A DNA stretch of 64,000 bases from the human T2T-CHM13v2.0 reference genome, Homo sapiens, in NCBI RefSeq assembly GCF_009914755.1, contig NC_060933.1; one strand, given 5' to 3'. Of the stretch, positions 37,402 to 52,644 are shown one piece after another (the stretch's first letter is position 1; each line of letters begins with the position of its first letter). Made by a program: the position numbers and the translations under genes. The notes below the pieces were generated by a model. That model did not search any database, was not told the origin of the DNA, and worked only from the letters and a program-made list of their open reading frames with translations.

Positions 37402-37707
37402 CAGAACTTTATTATAGGTGGGACACACATACCAAAAGAATCTGTGCACCACAATGATCTAATTCAATTTTGCTTTTTGAGAGGGTTTACAGAAAGATTA
37501 AACTGACTGATTAACATTGAGCGCTCTTTTCCCCTTAGACCAAATTTTAGTTAGCTATTGTCAACTATAAAGCTCATTATTATTCTTATGAACTTTAGAA
37601 TCTAAAAAGATAAATCAGTCATTTGCCTGTTTGTTAAGACTTTGTCTGAGCCATCCCTACAAGACAGGTAAAGACAGCACTCAGCACAGGACTGTGGCCT
37701 ACACTGA

Positions 37708-38420
<713 letters not shown>

Positions 38421-38502
38421 CACTCTCTGTTCAACTCGGGAATCCCTGTCTTCTTCCTGTCTTGAAAGCTTCAGCCTTCTGAGACTTAAGAATACAATTT
38501 CA

Positions 38503-38794
<292 letters not shown>

Positions 38795-38932
38795 ATTCAA
38801 TTTCAAAACCTAGATAAAAACTAAATCTTTGGAGATTCAGTGCTAAATTCTCAATTTGTGTTCACTAAAAGACGTACACTTGGGCAGTGACTAATTTGAT
38901 AGTTATTTCCCTTGGACTGATAAGCACATTCC

Positions 38933-39227
38933 TTTTTTTTTTTTTTTTTTTGTTAGAGTCTTGCTCTGTCGGCCAGGCTGGAGTGGCATGATCTCGGCTA
39001 ACTGCAACCTCCATCTCCTGGGTTCAAGCAATTCTCCTGCCTCAGCCTCCTGAGTAGCTGGGATTACAGGCGTGTGCCACCATGCCTGGCTAATTTTTGT
39101 AATTTGAGTAGAGACGGGGTTTCACCATGTTGACCAGGCTGGTCTCAAACTCCTGACCTCAGGTGATCTGGCCTCCTCGGCCTCCCAAAGTGCTGGGACT
39201 ACAGGTGTGAGCCACTGTGCCCCACCC
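38933..39227 (-). mobile_element. AluS
   Basis: Antisense Alu; TSD acattc. Confidence 0.95.
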
Positions 39228-40003
39228 AAGTACATTCATTTTTAAACAATTAAGAAGTTTTGTAATGACTTGTGAAATGAGGTGATGAAATATAATTAAA
39301 GTAATCACTATTTTAATGGTAGTTCTCCATGGAATATTTCACAAAATTATTCAGCACCTTGTTAAGTTTTTAAGAACTAATAATGAAATAATATAATAAT
39401 AAACCAGGAACATAGTGTTATAAATAGATACAAAATACTTTAGAGATTGAAGTTTTGTATTCACAGAGATGGGAGTGAAATAAAGTAGTTGTTCTTATAA
39501 CTCTTGGCACTGAGACTATGTGACCTGTGATTTTGATATATGAGAGAAAAGCCAGATTTTATATGCAAGATGTTGGACAATAGATTTAGAGAGAAAATGT
39601 ATCAGAATACACACTGAGGCAATAATTGCCTGTTTACACATGAAACAGGAAAGACAAGATATAGAACTTCAAAATAAACATAAATGGTAATACTTAGCAG
39701 CATATTGAGCCAATTTATTTGGAGAAAATAATGAGAACACGCAGGACAACGCTGATGCTATAGACAAAAATTTATATTTTTTCCACTCAGGAGACTGTTT
39801 TTAGTAGTTTACTACTAGACAAGATGCTGTGTTGAATAAAGCTAATGTACTTACTCTGTTTTGTTTCTTCTTTTTTTTTAAGTTCTGGAATAATTTTCAG
39901 GAGAAAGAAAATCATAAGAGTTTATTTAAAATTTCTTTTTCTTAAAACAGATTTATATTATTGAAAAATTAAATAACAGGTCACTACATAAATATCCCTG
40001 AAA

Positions 40004-40303
40004 TTTTTTTTTTTCTTTTTTTGAGACGGAGTCACGCTCTGTTGCCAGGCTGGAGAGCGGTGGCGCCACCTTGGCTCACTGCAACCGCCGCCTCCTGGGT
40101 TCAAGCAATCCTCCTGCTTCAGCCTCCTGAGTAGCTGGGACTACAGGCTCGCACCACCACACCCAGCTAATTTTTTGTGTTTTTAGTAGAGACAGCGTTT
40201 CATCATGTTGCCCAGGATAGTCTTGATCTCTTGACCTCGTAATCTTCCCGTCTCAACCTCCCAAAGTGCTGGGATTACAGGCATGAGCCACAGCGCCAAG
40301 CCA
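40004..40303 (-). mobile_element. AluSc-like
   Basis: Antisense Alu. Confidence 0.95.
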
Positions 40304-40553
40304 AAAATGTCGGTGAATTTTCAGAGACTAGATCCATTCAGTGAACACAGCCAGGGCTCTGTTGGATGCAAATGACAAAGACACAACTCAAACGTACTTT
40401 AACTCATGTTACAAAATGCTAAAGGACAGACCTTAGGGCATAAGCAGCATCTCTAGAATTTAGTCTTACCTCTTCCATCTTTACCTTTCTCTGTGTTGGT
40501 TCCATTTTATTTGTTTCCTGCAAAGACTCATATCTTGTGATTGAAAAACAAGG

Positions 40554-40901
<348 letters not shown>

Positions 40902-41455
40902 CTATCATCAGGGACCTTTTCTGGACATGGTTTGCCTTTCCAGGCCTTGAGAACCATATCTTACTCCCCAAAACACTTTTGTTTCTGAGCATCCTCAGAG
41001 CCCATTTTTTCTGACCCAAATTGCTGCTCAGTAAAGGGACACAGATATTTAAGGGACACAGATATTTAAGGGACCTGAGGGGATGGTCCAAAAAGAGTAA
41101 TTTTCTAGAGTGTCCATATATTTTTAAGTAATTGTGGAGGCATCAATCAGGATATCACTCTTCCTCCATTCACCCACCAAGAGATTGGGAATTGCCTTGT
41201 TCAATGTCGAAAGGCTGTCCTGGCTCACTCTTTCAGCACTCTGCAAAAGATGAGTGTTATCGCAATGGCATTGTGCCCACACACACCCAGGGAAAACCGT
41301 AGCTTTTGAAAAATGTTATAAACAAAATAACTGCATTGAATTCCACCAGATAAATTACAGATCATTTCTTTGAAAGTTAACACCGTGAGAACAATGTGTT
41401 TGATTTTCTGTTTTCTCAAAGTAAAAGTTTAGACAAGTATATTCTAGTAATATCA

Positions 41456-41616
41456 TTTTATTTTTCATTTGAGACAGGGTCTCACTCTGTCATTCAGTCT
41501 GGAGTACAGTGGTGTGATCGCAGCTCACTGCAGCCTCAACCTCCCAGGCTCAGGTGACCCTTCCACCTCAGCCTCCCATGTAACTGAGACTACAGGCATG
41601 TGCCACCACACCCATC
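41456..41616 (-). mobile_element. Partial AluJ (right monomer)
   Basis: gagacagggtctcactctgtc...gcagcctcaacctcccaggctcagg. Confidence 0.85.
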
Positions 41617-41979
41617 TGGTAGTATCTATACAGATCAGAGTTTACTTCTATATGGTAATGGAACAACTTTGACATGACAGAACATTCATAAGCAATTTTG
41701 GCATGTAAGTAACTGTTCTGATATTCGAAGCTCTCAATTGTATGATAAGCAATCCAACTCAACTAGTTAAACAAAAAACCTCTACTATATAAACATTAGA
41801 GAATCTTACCACATTTTGAGTATTTTAGTAGCTGAGTAAAAGAGACAAAATATATGAACATTTAAAATGCCCTTTAATGTCAGTTAATTTTTTTCTATGA
41901 TTATAATAGTAAGAGTTGTGCGTGTGTTCTTTGGTTTAAATAGCACTACATTCTTCTTTGATATAATTTTTATATCCTT

Positions 41980-42030
41980 CCTCCCTCTCTCTCTCTCTGT
42001 GTGTGTGTATATATATACACACACACACAA
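41980..42030. repeat. Compound (CT)(GT)(AT)(AC) microsatellite
   Basis: Direct reading. Confidence 0.9.
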
Positions 42031-42103
42031 TATGTACATAGAATATATATACTGACACATACATACATTCATATATAAAATTTGAAATTAAAATATTAAG
42101 TAT

Positions 42104-42406
42104 GGCTGGGCATGGTGGCTCATGCCTGTAATCCCAGCACTTTGAGAGGCCAAGGCAGGTGTATTATGAGGTCAAGAGTTCAAGACCAGCTTGGCCAAGA
42201 TGGCGAAACCCCATCTTTACTAAAAATACAAAAACTAGTTACGACCGGTGGCAGGCACCTGTAATCCCAGCTACTCGGGAGGCTGAGGCAGAGAATTGCG
42301 TGAACCCAGGAGGCAGAGATTGCAGTGAGCTGAGATTGCACCACTACACTCCAGCCTGGGTGGAGCAAGACTCTGTCTCAAAAAAATAAAAAATAAAATA
42401 AATAAA
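42104..42406 (+). mobile_element. AluS
   Basis: Alu; TSD aaaatattaag. Confidence 0.95.
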
Positions 42407-42691
42407 GAAGGAAAATATTAAGCATGAACATAAAAAAGAACAAGAGCTGGTATAATTAGAATTAGTGTTTTGAAACTTTTCTCTTAAGTACTTTTGGTCA
42501 TATTAATCAGTTGCTCTAAAATTTCAACATGGACATTTTGAAGGTGCACAGTTGCACACATCCCAATTGCAGAGTTCCAGTTTGGTTCAGATCGAGTAAA
42601 CACATTCTGCCTTATCTACTGATTACACTGATAATCATGGTCAAAATGCATAATGTTACTAACAGAAGACTCTGAACGTTGGATAAGAGTA

Positions 42692-42852
42692 GTAAACATT
42701 CACCCCTAGACATTGCCATGGGGTTGAAGCCCCACAGCCTGTCTGTATGCTCCCCTAGAGGTTTGACCAGCGGGGCACTGAAGCACTGAAGAAGCAAGCC
42801 ACACCTCCATCACATGCCCTGCAAAAGGGACAAGGGAACCTTTCCCATTTCA
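42692..42852 (+). mobile_element. LTR1-family (ERV1) LTR, 3' end only
   Basis: gtaaacattcacccctagac...tatgctcccctagaggtttg...gggacaagggaacctttcccatttCA. Confidence 0.8.
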
Positions 42853-42929
42853 ATAGCTACACATGTACCCCTGAACTTGGTATGGAGCTCAGGACCTGAA
42901 GGATGACCTAGCGGTGATTTGCCTAACTT

Positions 42930-43090
42930 GATTTCCTCCTTCCTTCCCTTCCTCTTTCCTTCCCTCCCTCTCATCATCCTTCCTCTTTCCCTTCTTCCTC
43001 CCTCCCTCTCTCTCTCCTTCTTATTTCTCCTCTCTTATTCCTCCTCTTCCACCCCTCCTTCTCCTTCTTCTCAGTCTTCTTCTTTCTTCT
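42930..43090. repeat. CT-rich low-complexity tract
   Basis: Almost pure pyrimidine on the + strand. Confidence 0.9.
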
Positions 43091-44543
43091 TATGTATTCA
43101 AGCTTGATCTCTAAAACAGACTGAAACTAGAACTGCACACAGGCAGACTGAAGGAGATAGAGACATGAAGAAACATTCAAAATATCAAGAAATCCAGGAG
43201 ATGATTTTCTGAAAAAATTAAAATAGACCACTAGCTAGACTAACAAAAAAGAAAAGAAAGAAGATTCAAATAAACAATCAGAAACAACAAGGGCAATATT
43301 ACCACTGACCCCACAGAAATACAAATAACTCTCAGAGAATATTATGAACACCTCTATGCATATAAACTAGAAAATCTAGTAGAAATGGATAAATGCCTGG
43401 ACACATACACCCTCCCAAGACTGAACCAGGAAGAAATTGAGTCCCCGAACAGACCAAAAATAAGCTCCAAACTTGAATCAGTAATAAGTAGCCTGTCAAC
43501 CAAAAAAGGCCCAGGACCAGACAGATGCACAGCTGAATCCTACCAGATGTACAAAGAAGAGCTGGTGTTACTCATACCAAAACTATTCAAAAAAATTGAG
43601 GAGGAGGGATTCCTCCCAAACTCCTTCTATGAGGCCAGCATCATCCAGATACCAAAACCTGGCAGATATACAACAACAACAACAAAAAAAAACTTCAGGC
43701 CAATATTCTTGATGAATGTTGATGCAAAAATCCTCAACAAAATACTGGCAAACCGAATTGAGCAGCAGATCAAAAGGCGTATCCACCACGGTCAAGTAGA
43801 CTTCATCCCCGGGATACAAGGTTGGTTCAACCTACACAAACCAATAAATGTTATTCATCACATAAACAGAACTAAAGGCCAAAACCATATGATTATCTCA
43901 AAAGATACAGAAAAGGCTTTCAATAAAATTCAACATTCATTCATGTTAAAAACTCTCAATAAACTAGGTATTGAAGAAACATACCTCAAAAGAATAAGCA
44001 CCATATATGATAAACCCACAGCTAATATCATACTTAATGGGCAAAAGCTGGAAGCATTCCCCTTGGAAACTGGCACAAGACAAGGTTGCCCTCTCTCACT
44101 ACTCCTATTAAATATAGTATTGGAAGTTCTGGCCAGGGCAATCAGGCAAGATAAAGAAATAAAGAACTTTCAGATAGTAAGAGAAGAAGTCAATTATCCC
44201 TGTTTGCAGATGACATGATCATATTTTTAGAAAACCCCATAGTCTCAACCCAAAAGCTTATTAAGCTGATAAGCAACTTCAGGAAAATCTCGGGATACAA
44301 AATCAATGTGCAAAAATTACTAGCATTCCTATACACCAACAAAAGTCAAGCCAAGAGCCAAATCAGGAACAAACTCCCATTCACAACTGCAACAAAAAGA
44401 ATAAAATACCTAAGAATGCAGCTAACAAGGGAGGTGAAAGGTCTCTGCAAGGAGAACTACAAACCACTGCTCAAATAAATCAGAGAAGGCACAAACAAAT
44501 GGAAAAACATTCTATGCCCATGGATAAGAAGAATCAATATTGT

Positions 44544-44913
<370 letters not shown>

Positions 44914-45800
44914 CTATCACTGACATTCTTCACAGAACTATAAAAAAACTCTTTTAACATTCATATGGAACCAAATAAGAGCACGAATAGCCAAGGCAAT
45001 CTTAAGCAAAAACAACAAAGCTGGAGGCATCACGCTACCCGACTTTGAGCTATACTACAGGGCTACAGTAACCAAAACAACATAGTACTGGTACAAATTT
45101 ATTTGTACAAATTTATTATTGGTACAGACACATAAACCAATGGAACAGAATAGAGAACCCACAAGTAAGACCACACACCTACAACTATCTGATCTTCAAC
45201 AAACCTGACAAAAGCAGGCAATGGGGAAAATATTCCCTATTCAATAAATGGTGCTAGGATAACTGGCTAGCCATACACAGAAGATTGAAATTGAACTTCT
45301 TCCTTACACCATATAAAAAAATTAGCTCAAGATGGATTAAAGACTTAAATGTAAAACCCAAAACTATAGAAATCCTGGAAGACAACCTAGGCAATACCAT
45401 TCAGAACAGTCACAGGCAAAGATTTCATGATAAAGACACAAAAAGCAATTGTAACAGAAACAAACATTGACAAATGGGATCTAATTAAACTAAAGACCTT
45501 CTGCACAGCAAAAGAAACTATCAACAGAGTCAACAGACAACCTACAGAATGCAAGAAAATATTTGCAAACTATGCATCTGACAAAGGTCCAATACCCAGC
45601 ATCTATAAGGAACTTAAACTAATTTACAAGAAAAAACCAACCCCATTAAAGTGAGAAAAGGACGTGAACAGATACTTTTCAAAGGAAGACATACATGCGG
45701 CCAACAATCATATGAAAAAAAGCTCAATATCAGTGATCATTAGAGAAATGCAAATCAAAACCACAGTGAGATACCATCTCACACCAGTCAGAATGGTGAT

Positions 45801-46190
45801 TTTTTAAAATAATAAAACATTATAAACTATACCTAACATTTATAGAACACTCCACCCAACAGCAGCAGAATACATGTTTTTCTAAGAGAAAATGATATCC
45901 TGAAACATTGTTCAGCAGAACTGTTACAATTTCTTTTTAAAAACCTGAAATTTCTTCTTTTAATTGGTAATTTTTTTTTAACTTTTATTTTAAGTTCAGG
46001 GTTACATGTGAAGGTTTGTTACACAGGTAAACCTGTGACATGGGGGGTTATTGTACAGATTATTTCATCTCCCAAGTATTAAGCCTAGTACTCATTAGGT
46101 ATCTTTCCTGACCTTCTCCCTCCTCCCACCCTCCACCCTTTGAGATACCACAGTGTGTGTTGCTACCCTCTATGTGTCCACGTGTTCTCA
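45801..46190 (-). mobile_element. Short antisense L1PA 3' end plus ~165-bp extra segment, nested in L1
   Basis: TSD tcagaatggNNatt at 45788-45801 and 46191-46204. Confidence 0.8.
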
Positions 46191-46837
46191 TCAGAATGGC
46201 TATTATTAAAAAGCAAAAAGCCAAAAAAAAACAGATGCTGGCGAAGTTGTGGAGAAAAAGGAACAATTATACAATGTTGGTGGGAGTGTAAATTAGTTCT
46301 ACTATTTTGGAAGACAGTGTGATGATTCCTCAAAGACCTAAAGACAGAAATGTCATTCAGCCCAGCAATCCCATTACTGGGCATATACCCAAAAGAACAT
46401 AAATCATTTTATTATAAAGCCACATACACACATATGTTCACTGCAGCACTATTCATAACAGCAAGGACATGGAATCACCCTAAATGCCCAACAATGATAG
46501 ACTGGATAAAGAAAATGTAGTACATATACACCATGGAAAACTATGCAGCTATAAAAAAGAATAAGATCATGTCCTTTGCGCAAACATTAATGGAGCTGGA
46601 GGCCATTATCCTTAGCAAACTAATACAGGAACAGAAAACCAAATACAGCATGTTCTCACTTATAGTGGGAGCTAAACGATGAGAGCATACGGACACACAG
46701 AGGGAAACATTAGGGTGGAGGATAGGAGGAGAGAGAAGAACGGGAAAAATAACAAATGGGCATTAGGCTTAATACCTGGATGATGAAACAATCTGTACAA
46801 CAAACCTCCATGACACAAGTTTACCTGTGTACCAAAC

Positions 46838-47194
46838 TGATATAGAAGTGCTGGGAAGGGAAGAGCGTGGTCCCTTTAAATGATAGGGAAGGGGAGAAGG
46901 GAAGTGCTGGGTAGAGGAGGGCATGGTCCCTGGCTAGGGCTCCACCCCCACGGACCTAGGTAAGGACAGGCACTTCTGCTTTCATGCCGAAATGTAGCAT
47001 TTTCCAAGACCACCCTGGCCTGCCGTGCCCCCATCATGGGCCTATAAAAACCAGAGACCTTAGCAAGGCAGGGACGCAAGCAGCTGGACATCATAAGGAA
47101 CACATCAGCAGAAGAAGACACAAGCAGCTGGTCATCGAAAGCACACTGGCGGAAGAGCAGGCCAACAGACACCTGCAGGCCATCAGGCCATCGA
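46838..47194 (+). mobile_element. LTR1-family LTR, 5' part only
   Basis: TGatatagaagtgctgggaagggaagagcgtggtccctttaaatgat...cctataaaaacc (TATA). Confidence 0.82.
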
Positions 47195-47470
47195 TGGAGT
47201 CTCGCTCTGTCGCCCAGGCTGGAGTGCAGTGGCGCGATCTCCGCTCACTGCAAGCTCCGCCTCCCGGGTTGACGCCATTCTCCTGCCTCAGCTTCCCGAG
47301 TACTGGGACTACAGGCGCCTGCCACCACGCCCAGGTAATTTTTTGTATTTTTAGTGGAGACGGGGTTTCACCATGTTAGCCAGGATGGTCTTGATCTCCT
47401 GACCTCGTGATCTGCCCACCTCGGCCTCCCAAAGTGCTGGGATTACAGGCGTGAGCCAGCGCGCCCAGCC
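47193..47470 (-). mobile_element. AluY lacking its poly(A) tail
   Basis: Starts gatggagtctcgct directly after the LTR, with no T run. Confidence 0.93.
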
Positions 47471-47685
47471 AGGACTTCTTTATTAAGTGGTTTTTCATTA
47501 AAGGCAGTGATGTTAAATGTGCTCTTGCAAAGGGGGTTTCTTCTAAGGTTGCTGTTACTAGGGAACTGTTGCTATGGGCACCATTGCTAAGAAATGTTGC
47601 TAAAGACAATGTTTCTAAGGATATTGCTAAGAGTTTTGTTGCCAAGGGTGTTGTTGCTAAGAAGATTGTCGCCAAGGGAATTGTA

Positions 47686-47761
47686 TTAGGTTGGTACAAA
47701 GGTGATTGCGGTTTTTGCCACTGAAATGGCAAAAATCGCAATCACCTTTGCATCAACCTAA
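47686..47761. mobile_element. MADE1 (Hsmar1-derived MITE)
   Basis: ttaggttggtacaaagg...gcatcaacctaa palindrome flanked by TA. Confidence 0.95.
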
Positions 47762-48517
47762 TAATTAAGGACATTGTTGCTGCATATAGTGTTGCAATGG
47801 ATTTTGCTCCTAGGGCCTCTTAGATAAGGGTGTTGTTGCTAAGAAATGTTCCCCACACATACTGCCACCAAGGACATAGTTGTTACTGCCACTGTAGCTA
47901 AATGCATGGCTGATATGGCCATTATTGCTCTGGTCACAATTACAGTAGCCACTCTTGCAGAAGGAGCAATTCCTATGACCACCGTTGCTAAAGACATTGT
48001 TATTAAGTATGTTGTTATTAATGGAACTTTTTCAAAGAGTGCGGTTGCTAAGCACATTTTGCCAAGTTTTTGCTAATGATATTGTTGGGAGGGCCCTTAT
48101 GCTAAAGACATCGCTCTTAAAGGTGTTAGTATTAAGGGTGGTGTTGCAAGAAAGTTTTTGCTAAGGATGCATTTGCTAAATCAAGGTTGGATGGTCACTG
48201 CTGCCACGAAAACTGTTGCTAAAGGCAACATTGCTAGGGGCAAAGGTGCTAAGGAAATTTTTGCTATGAAATGTGTTGATAAGATTGTTGATAGGCAGTT
48301 TTTAGAAAGGCACTTTCTTTGTTAGTATTAGTGTGTTTTGTGTTTTCTTAATATGTTTGTTAGTGTGTTTTGGCGTGCTTTGCTAAGAAATCTGCACTAA
48401 GTTGCTTTTGCTGAGGGTGTGGCTGCTATGGCCACTGTTGGCAAAGTCATTGTTGAGAAGGCATTATTTCTAAGTTTATTATTGCTAAGGAAATTGTTGC
48501 CTTTTTGTTAAGAGAAT

Positions 48518-48770
48518 TGTATTAGTTTCCTAGGGCTGCCATATCAAAGTACCACAAACGAGGTGGCTTAAAATAAAAGAAATTTCTCTTACAGTTCTGG
48601 AGCTTAGAAGTCCAAATCAGGTGGTGGTAGGGTTGCTTCCTTCTGAGCACTCGGAATCTTTTCCATGCGTTTTTCCTTGCTTCTGATGGCTCCTGGAAAT
48701 CTTTCACATTTCTTGGCATCACTCCAGTCTCTGCCTTCGTATTCACATGCCCTTACAAAACTTACTCTCT
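48518..48770 (-). mobile_element. MLT1 LTR fragment inside the 15-bp array
   Basis: tgtattagtttcctagggctgccatatcaaagtaccacaaac. Confidence 0.85.
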
Positions 48771-49138
48771 GTTGCTAGGAGCGTGTTTGCTAAGGAAATG
48801 CTTGCTAAAGGTATTTTTAAGGGCATTTCTCTTAAAGGCATTAATGTTCAAGATATTGTCACAGATAAGTTTTGGTACCAATGCAGTTACCAAGAGTGTT
48901 GATGTTATGGCCCTGTTGCAAAGGAAACTTGTTGTTAAGGGTGTTGCAAGACTCTTGTGTTAATATCGTTGTAAAGAAAGTTGTTGTTAAGGATGCTGTT
49001 CCTAACTGCGTTTGTTTCTATGTTGCAAAATGAGATATGTTAAAAGCATTGTTGCAAAAGATGTTCTTGCTAGGAGCATTGCTGCTGATGGAAAGTTTGC
49101 AAAGGTAATTGTTGATGGAAGCAATTTTGAAGGTCCTC

Positions 49139-49447
49139 TTTTTTTTAAAAAAAAAAAAAAAAAAAACAGGCAGAGTCTAGCCCTGTCGCCCAAGCTGGAG
49201 TGCAGTGTTATGATCATGGTTCACTAACCTCAAACTCTTGGGCTCCAGCAATTTTCTCACCTCAGCCTCCCAAGTAGCTAGGACTACGAGCACAGGTCAC
49301 CATACCTGACTTTTTTAAAAAATTTTTTGTAGAGACAGCATCTCACTATATTGCCCAGACTGACCTCAAACTGCTGGCCTCAAGCAAACTTCCTGCCTCA
49401 ACCTTTCAAAGTGCTGGGATTACAGACATTAGTCACCATATCTGGTC
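49139..49447 (-). mobile_element. AluJ
   Basis: Diverged antisense Alu; tail region reads T8 then a long A run. Confidence 0.88.
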
Positions 49448-49603
49448 AAGATTGTCATTCTTAAAGGCATTGATATTAAAAGTGTTATTGAAGATTAAGG
49501 TTTTGCTATGAGTGCTGTTAGTAACTACTGTTGCTAAGAAAGCTGTTGTTAAGGGCATTTTTGATAAGGGTACTATTGGTAAGGTTATTATTCTTAAGGG
49601 TAT

Positions 49604-50021
49604 TGCTATGGTTTGGATGTTTGTCCCCTCTAAACCTCATGTTGAAATTTGATCCCCAATGTTGGAGATGGGGCCTAATGGGAAGTGTTTGGGTCATATG
49701 ACCAAATCCCGTATTAACAGATTAATCTCCTTCCTTGAGGCTGAGTGTGTCGTCTATCAGTTCCTGCCAGAGCTGGTCGTTAAAAAGAGCCTGAGACCTT
49801 TCTGCTCTCTTTCTCTCTCTCTCTCATCATGTGAGCTCTGCACACACCAGCTCCCCTTCATCTTCTGCCATGAGTGGAAGCAGCCTGAGGCCCTCACCTG
49901 ACACAGATGTCCAATCTTGAACTTCCCAGCCATCAGAATTGAGAACCAACTAAATAGTTTTTCTGTATAAATTACCCATCCTCAGGTATTTATTTCGAGC
50001 AACACAAAATGGTATAAGGCA
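49604..50021 (+). mobile_element. MSTB-like MaLR LTR
   Basis: tgctatggtttggatgtttgtcccctctaaacctcatgttgaaatttgatcccc. Confidence 0.88.
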
Positions 50022-50284
50022 GGTGTTGATGTCAAAAAAGTTTTGTAAGGGCATTGTTCTTTAAGGCCTTGAAGTTATTGTGCAAAGAAAGTTTTGCTAA
50101 GGGTGTTACTGCTATGACTAGTGTTTCTAAGGAAACTGTTGCTAAAAGCACTTTTTTTCTCAGAGTATTATTCTTAAGGACTTAATTGCTAAGAGAATGG
50201 TAGTAATAATATTTTTGCCAAGGTTGTTGTGGCTAAGGAAGTCATTGCTGAGGGTCTTTCGTTAAACATGCTGTTCTTAAAGGC

Positions 50285-50315
<31 letters not shown>

Positions 50316-50980
50316 GAGACAGGGTCTCACTCTGTCACCCAAGCTGGAGTGCAGTTGCGTGATCACAGCTCACTGCAGGCTTGAACTCCTGTGCTCAAAG
50401 TGATCCTCCTGCCTCAGTCTCCAAAGCAACTGGGACAACAAGCACACACCACCATGCCTAGTGTATTAGACTGTTCTCATGTTGCTAATACAGACATACC
50501 CAAAACTGGGTAATTTTTAAAGGAAAGGCATTTAATTGACTCACAGTCCCCATGGCTGGAGAGGCCTCGCAATCATGGCGGAAGGCAAAAGAGGAGCAAA
50601 GTCACATCTTACCTGGCAGCAGGCAAGAGAGCTTGTGTAGGGAAACTCCCCTTTATAAAACCATCAAATTTCATGAGACTTATTCACTATTATGAGAACA
50701 GCATGGGAAAGACCCACCCCCATGATTCAATTACCTTCCATTGGGTCCCTCCCATAACACGTGGGAATTATGGGAGCTACAGTGCAAGATGAGATTTGGA
50801 TGGGGATACAGCCAAACCATATCATGTAGCTAGCTTTTTAATTTTTTTAATTTTTCTTTTTGTAGAGATGAGATCTCACTACATTGCCCAACCTGGTCTT
50901 GAACCCTTGGTCTAAAGCAATCCTCCCGATCCCACCTCTCAAAGTGCTGGAATTATAGGCATGAGCCACTGTGCCCAGCC
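50285..50980 (-). mobile_element. AluJ split by a THE1 LTR
   Basis: Right monomer 50285-50461; left monomer about 50825-50980. Confidence 0.88.
50462..50824 (-). mobile_element. THE1 solo LTR
   Basis: tgtattagactgttctcatgttgctaat...gccaaaccatatca. Confidence 0.92.
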
Positions 50981-52322
50981 AAAGGCATTGATGTTAATGT
51001 TGTTGTTGGATGTTTTTGCTAAAGGTGCTGTTACTAAGAACATTGTGGCCGTGGCCACTATTGCAGAGGCTACTGTTGCTAAGATCATTGGTGCTAAAGG
51101 TGCTGTTCCTAAGGAAAGAGTGTTGAATTTAAGGAAATTGTTGTTATGGGCTATTTTCTTAGAGTCATTGTTCTTAAAGGCCTTGATAGTAAGAGTGTTG
51201 AAAATAAAACAGATTTTTCTACGAGTGATGTTGATAAGGGAGCTGCTGTTATGAGTACTGTTTCCAAATGTGATGTTGCTAAGAGCCAATTGCTAAGGGT
51301 ACTCTAGCTAAATACATTGTTAATAAGGACATTGCTGCAAATAGTGCTGCTCACAGAGTTGTTGTTAATGGTGCTGTTTCTAAGGACACTGTTGATACTG
51401 CACCAATGCTAAGGGCCTGGTTGTTCATGGCATTTTTATTAAAGGCAGTTATAATAATGAGGTTGTTTTTAAGGTGTTGATGCCAAGAGTATTGTTTCTA
51501 AAGATATTTTTGCTAAGCATGCTGTTGCTGATGGCCTTGTTTTATAGCCACTGTTTCTATGGGAAATGATACTAAAGGTGTTATTGCTTAGGGCATTGTT
51601 GCTATGGTTGGTAGCCAAGAAAGGTTTTGCTAAATTGGCTTTTTTCCAAGGGTGCTGTGCAAAGGTTGTTAAGTACTGTTGTAAGGAAAATATTATTATG
51701 AATATTATTGTTAAGGCCATTGCCTATAAGAGTTGCTAAAGGACATTGTGAGTCCTTTATCCTATATAAATATAAAGGATATTTATATTAAGCACATTGT
51801 CACTGAGGAACTTGCTGCTAGGTGTTTTGTTGATGTGGCCTATTGTTGCTAAGGATATTGTCACTCTGACAATGATATTAGGGGCATTGTAGCTAAGGAC
51901 ATTGACATTAAGGCTCTGTTACTAAGACTCATTTTTGCTAAGGGTATTTTTGCTAAGGATGTTGTTATTAAGTACATTTTTGCTAGAGCATTCTTGTTCA
52001 GTGTGTTGTTGCTAAAGGGCTAGTTGCTAGAAGCACTTTTCCTAGAATAATTGTTGCAAAGAGCATTCATGCTAAAATGTTGATCCTAAGACCACTGTTT
52101 CTAAGAAACTCATTTGAAGGACACTGTCACTGTGAGTGTCGTTGCTAAGGTTGTTGTTGTAAAATCCTTTATGGCTAAGGGCATTGTTACTATGTTCATT
52201 ATTGTTAAGTGTATTACAGTAAAGAGGCATTGCTACTAAATACACTGCTGTTAATGACTCTATTGCTCAGGGACTTAATCCTAAGGGTATTGTTGCAAAG
52301 AGAGTTAAGGATGTTGATGTTA

Positions 52323-52644
<322 letters not shown>

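Noticed and set aside
41034-41073. Local duplication aagggacacagatattt x2 (similar ctacatagataaatgttc x2 near 60107-60166)
   Set aside because: Ordinary slippage-type micro-duplications.
43385-44478. 277-aa and 87-aa reverse-transcriptase-like ORFs
   Set aside because: Broken L1 ORF2 remnants, not a novel RT system or active element.
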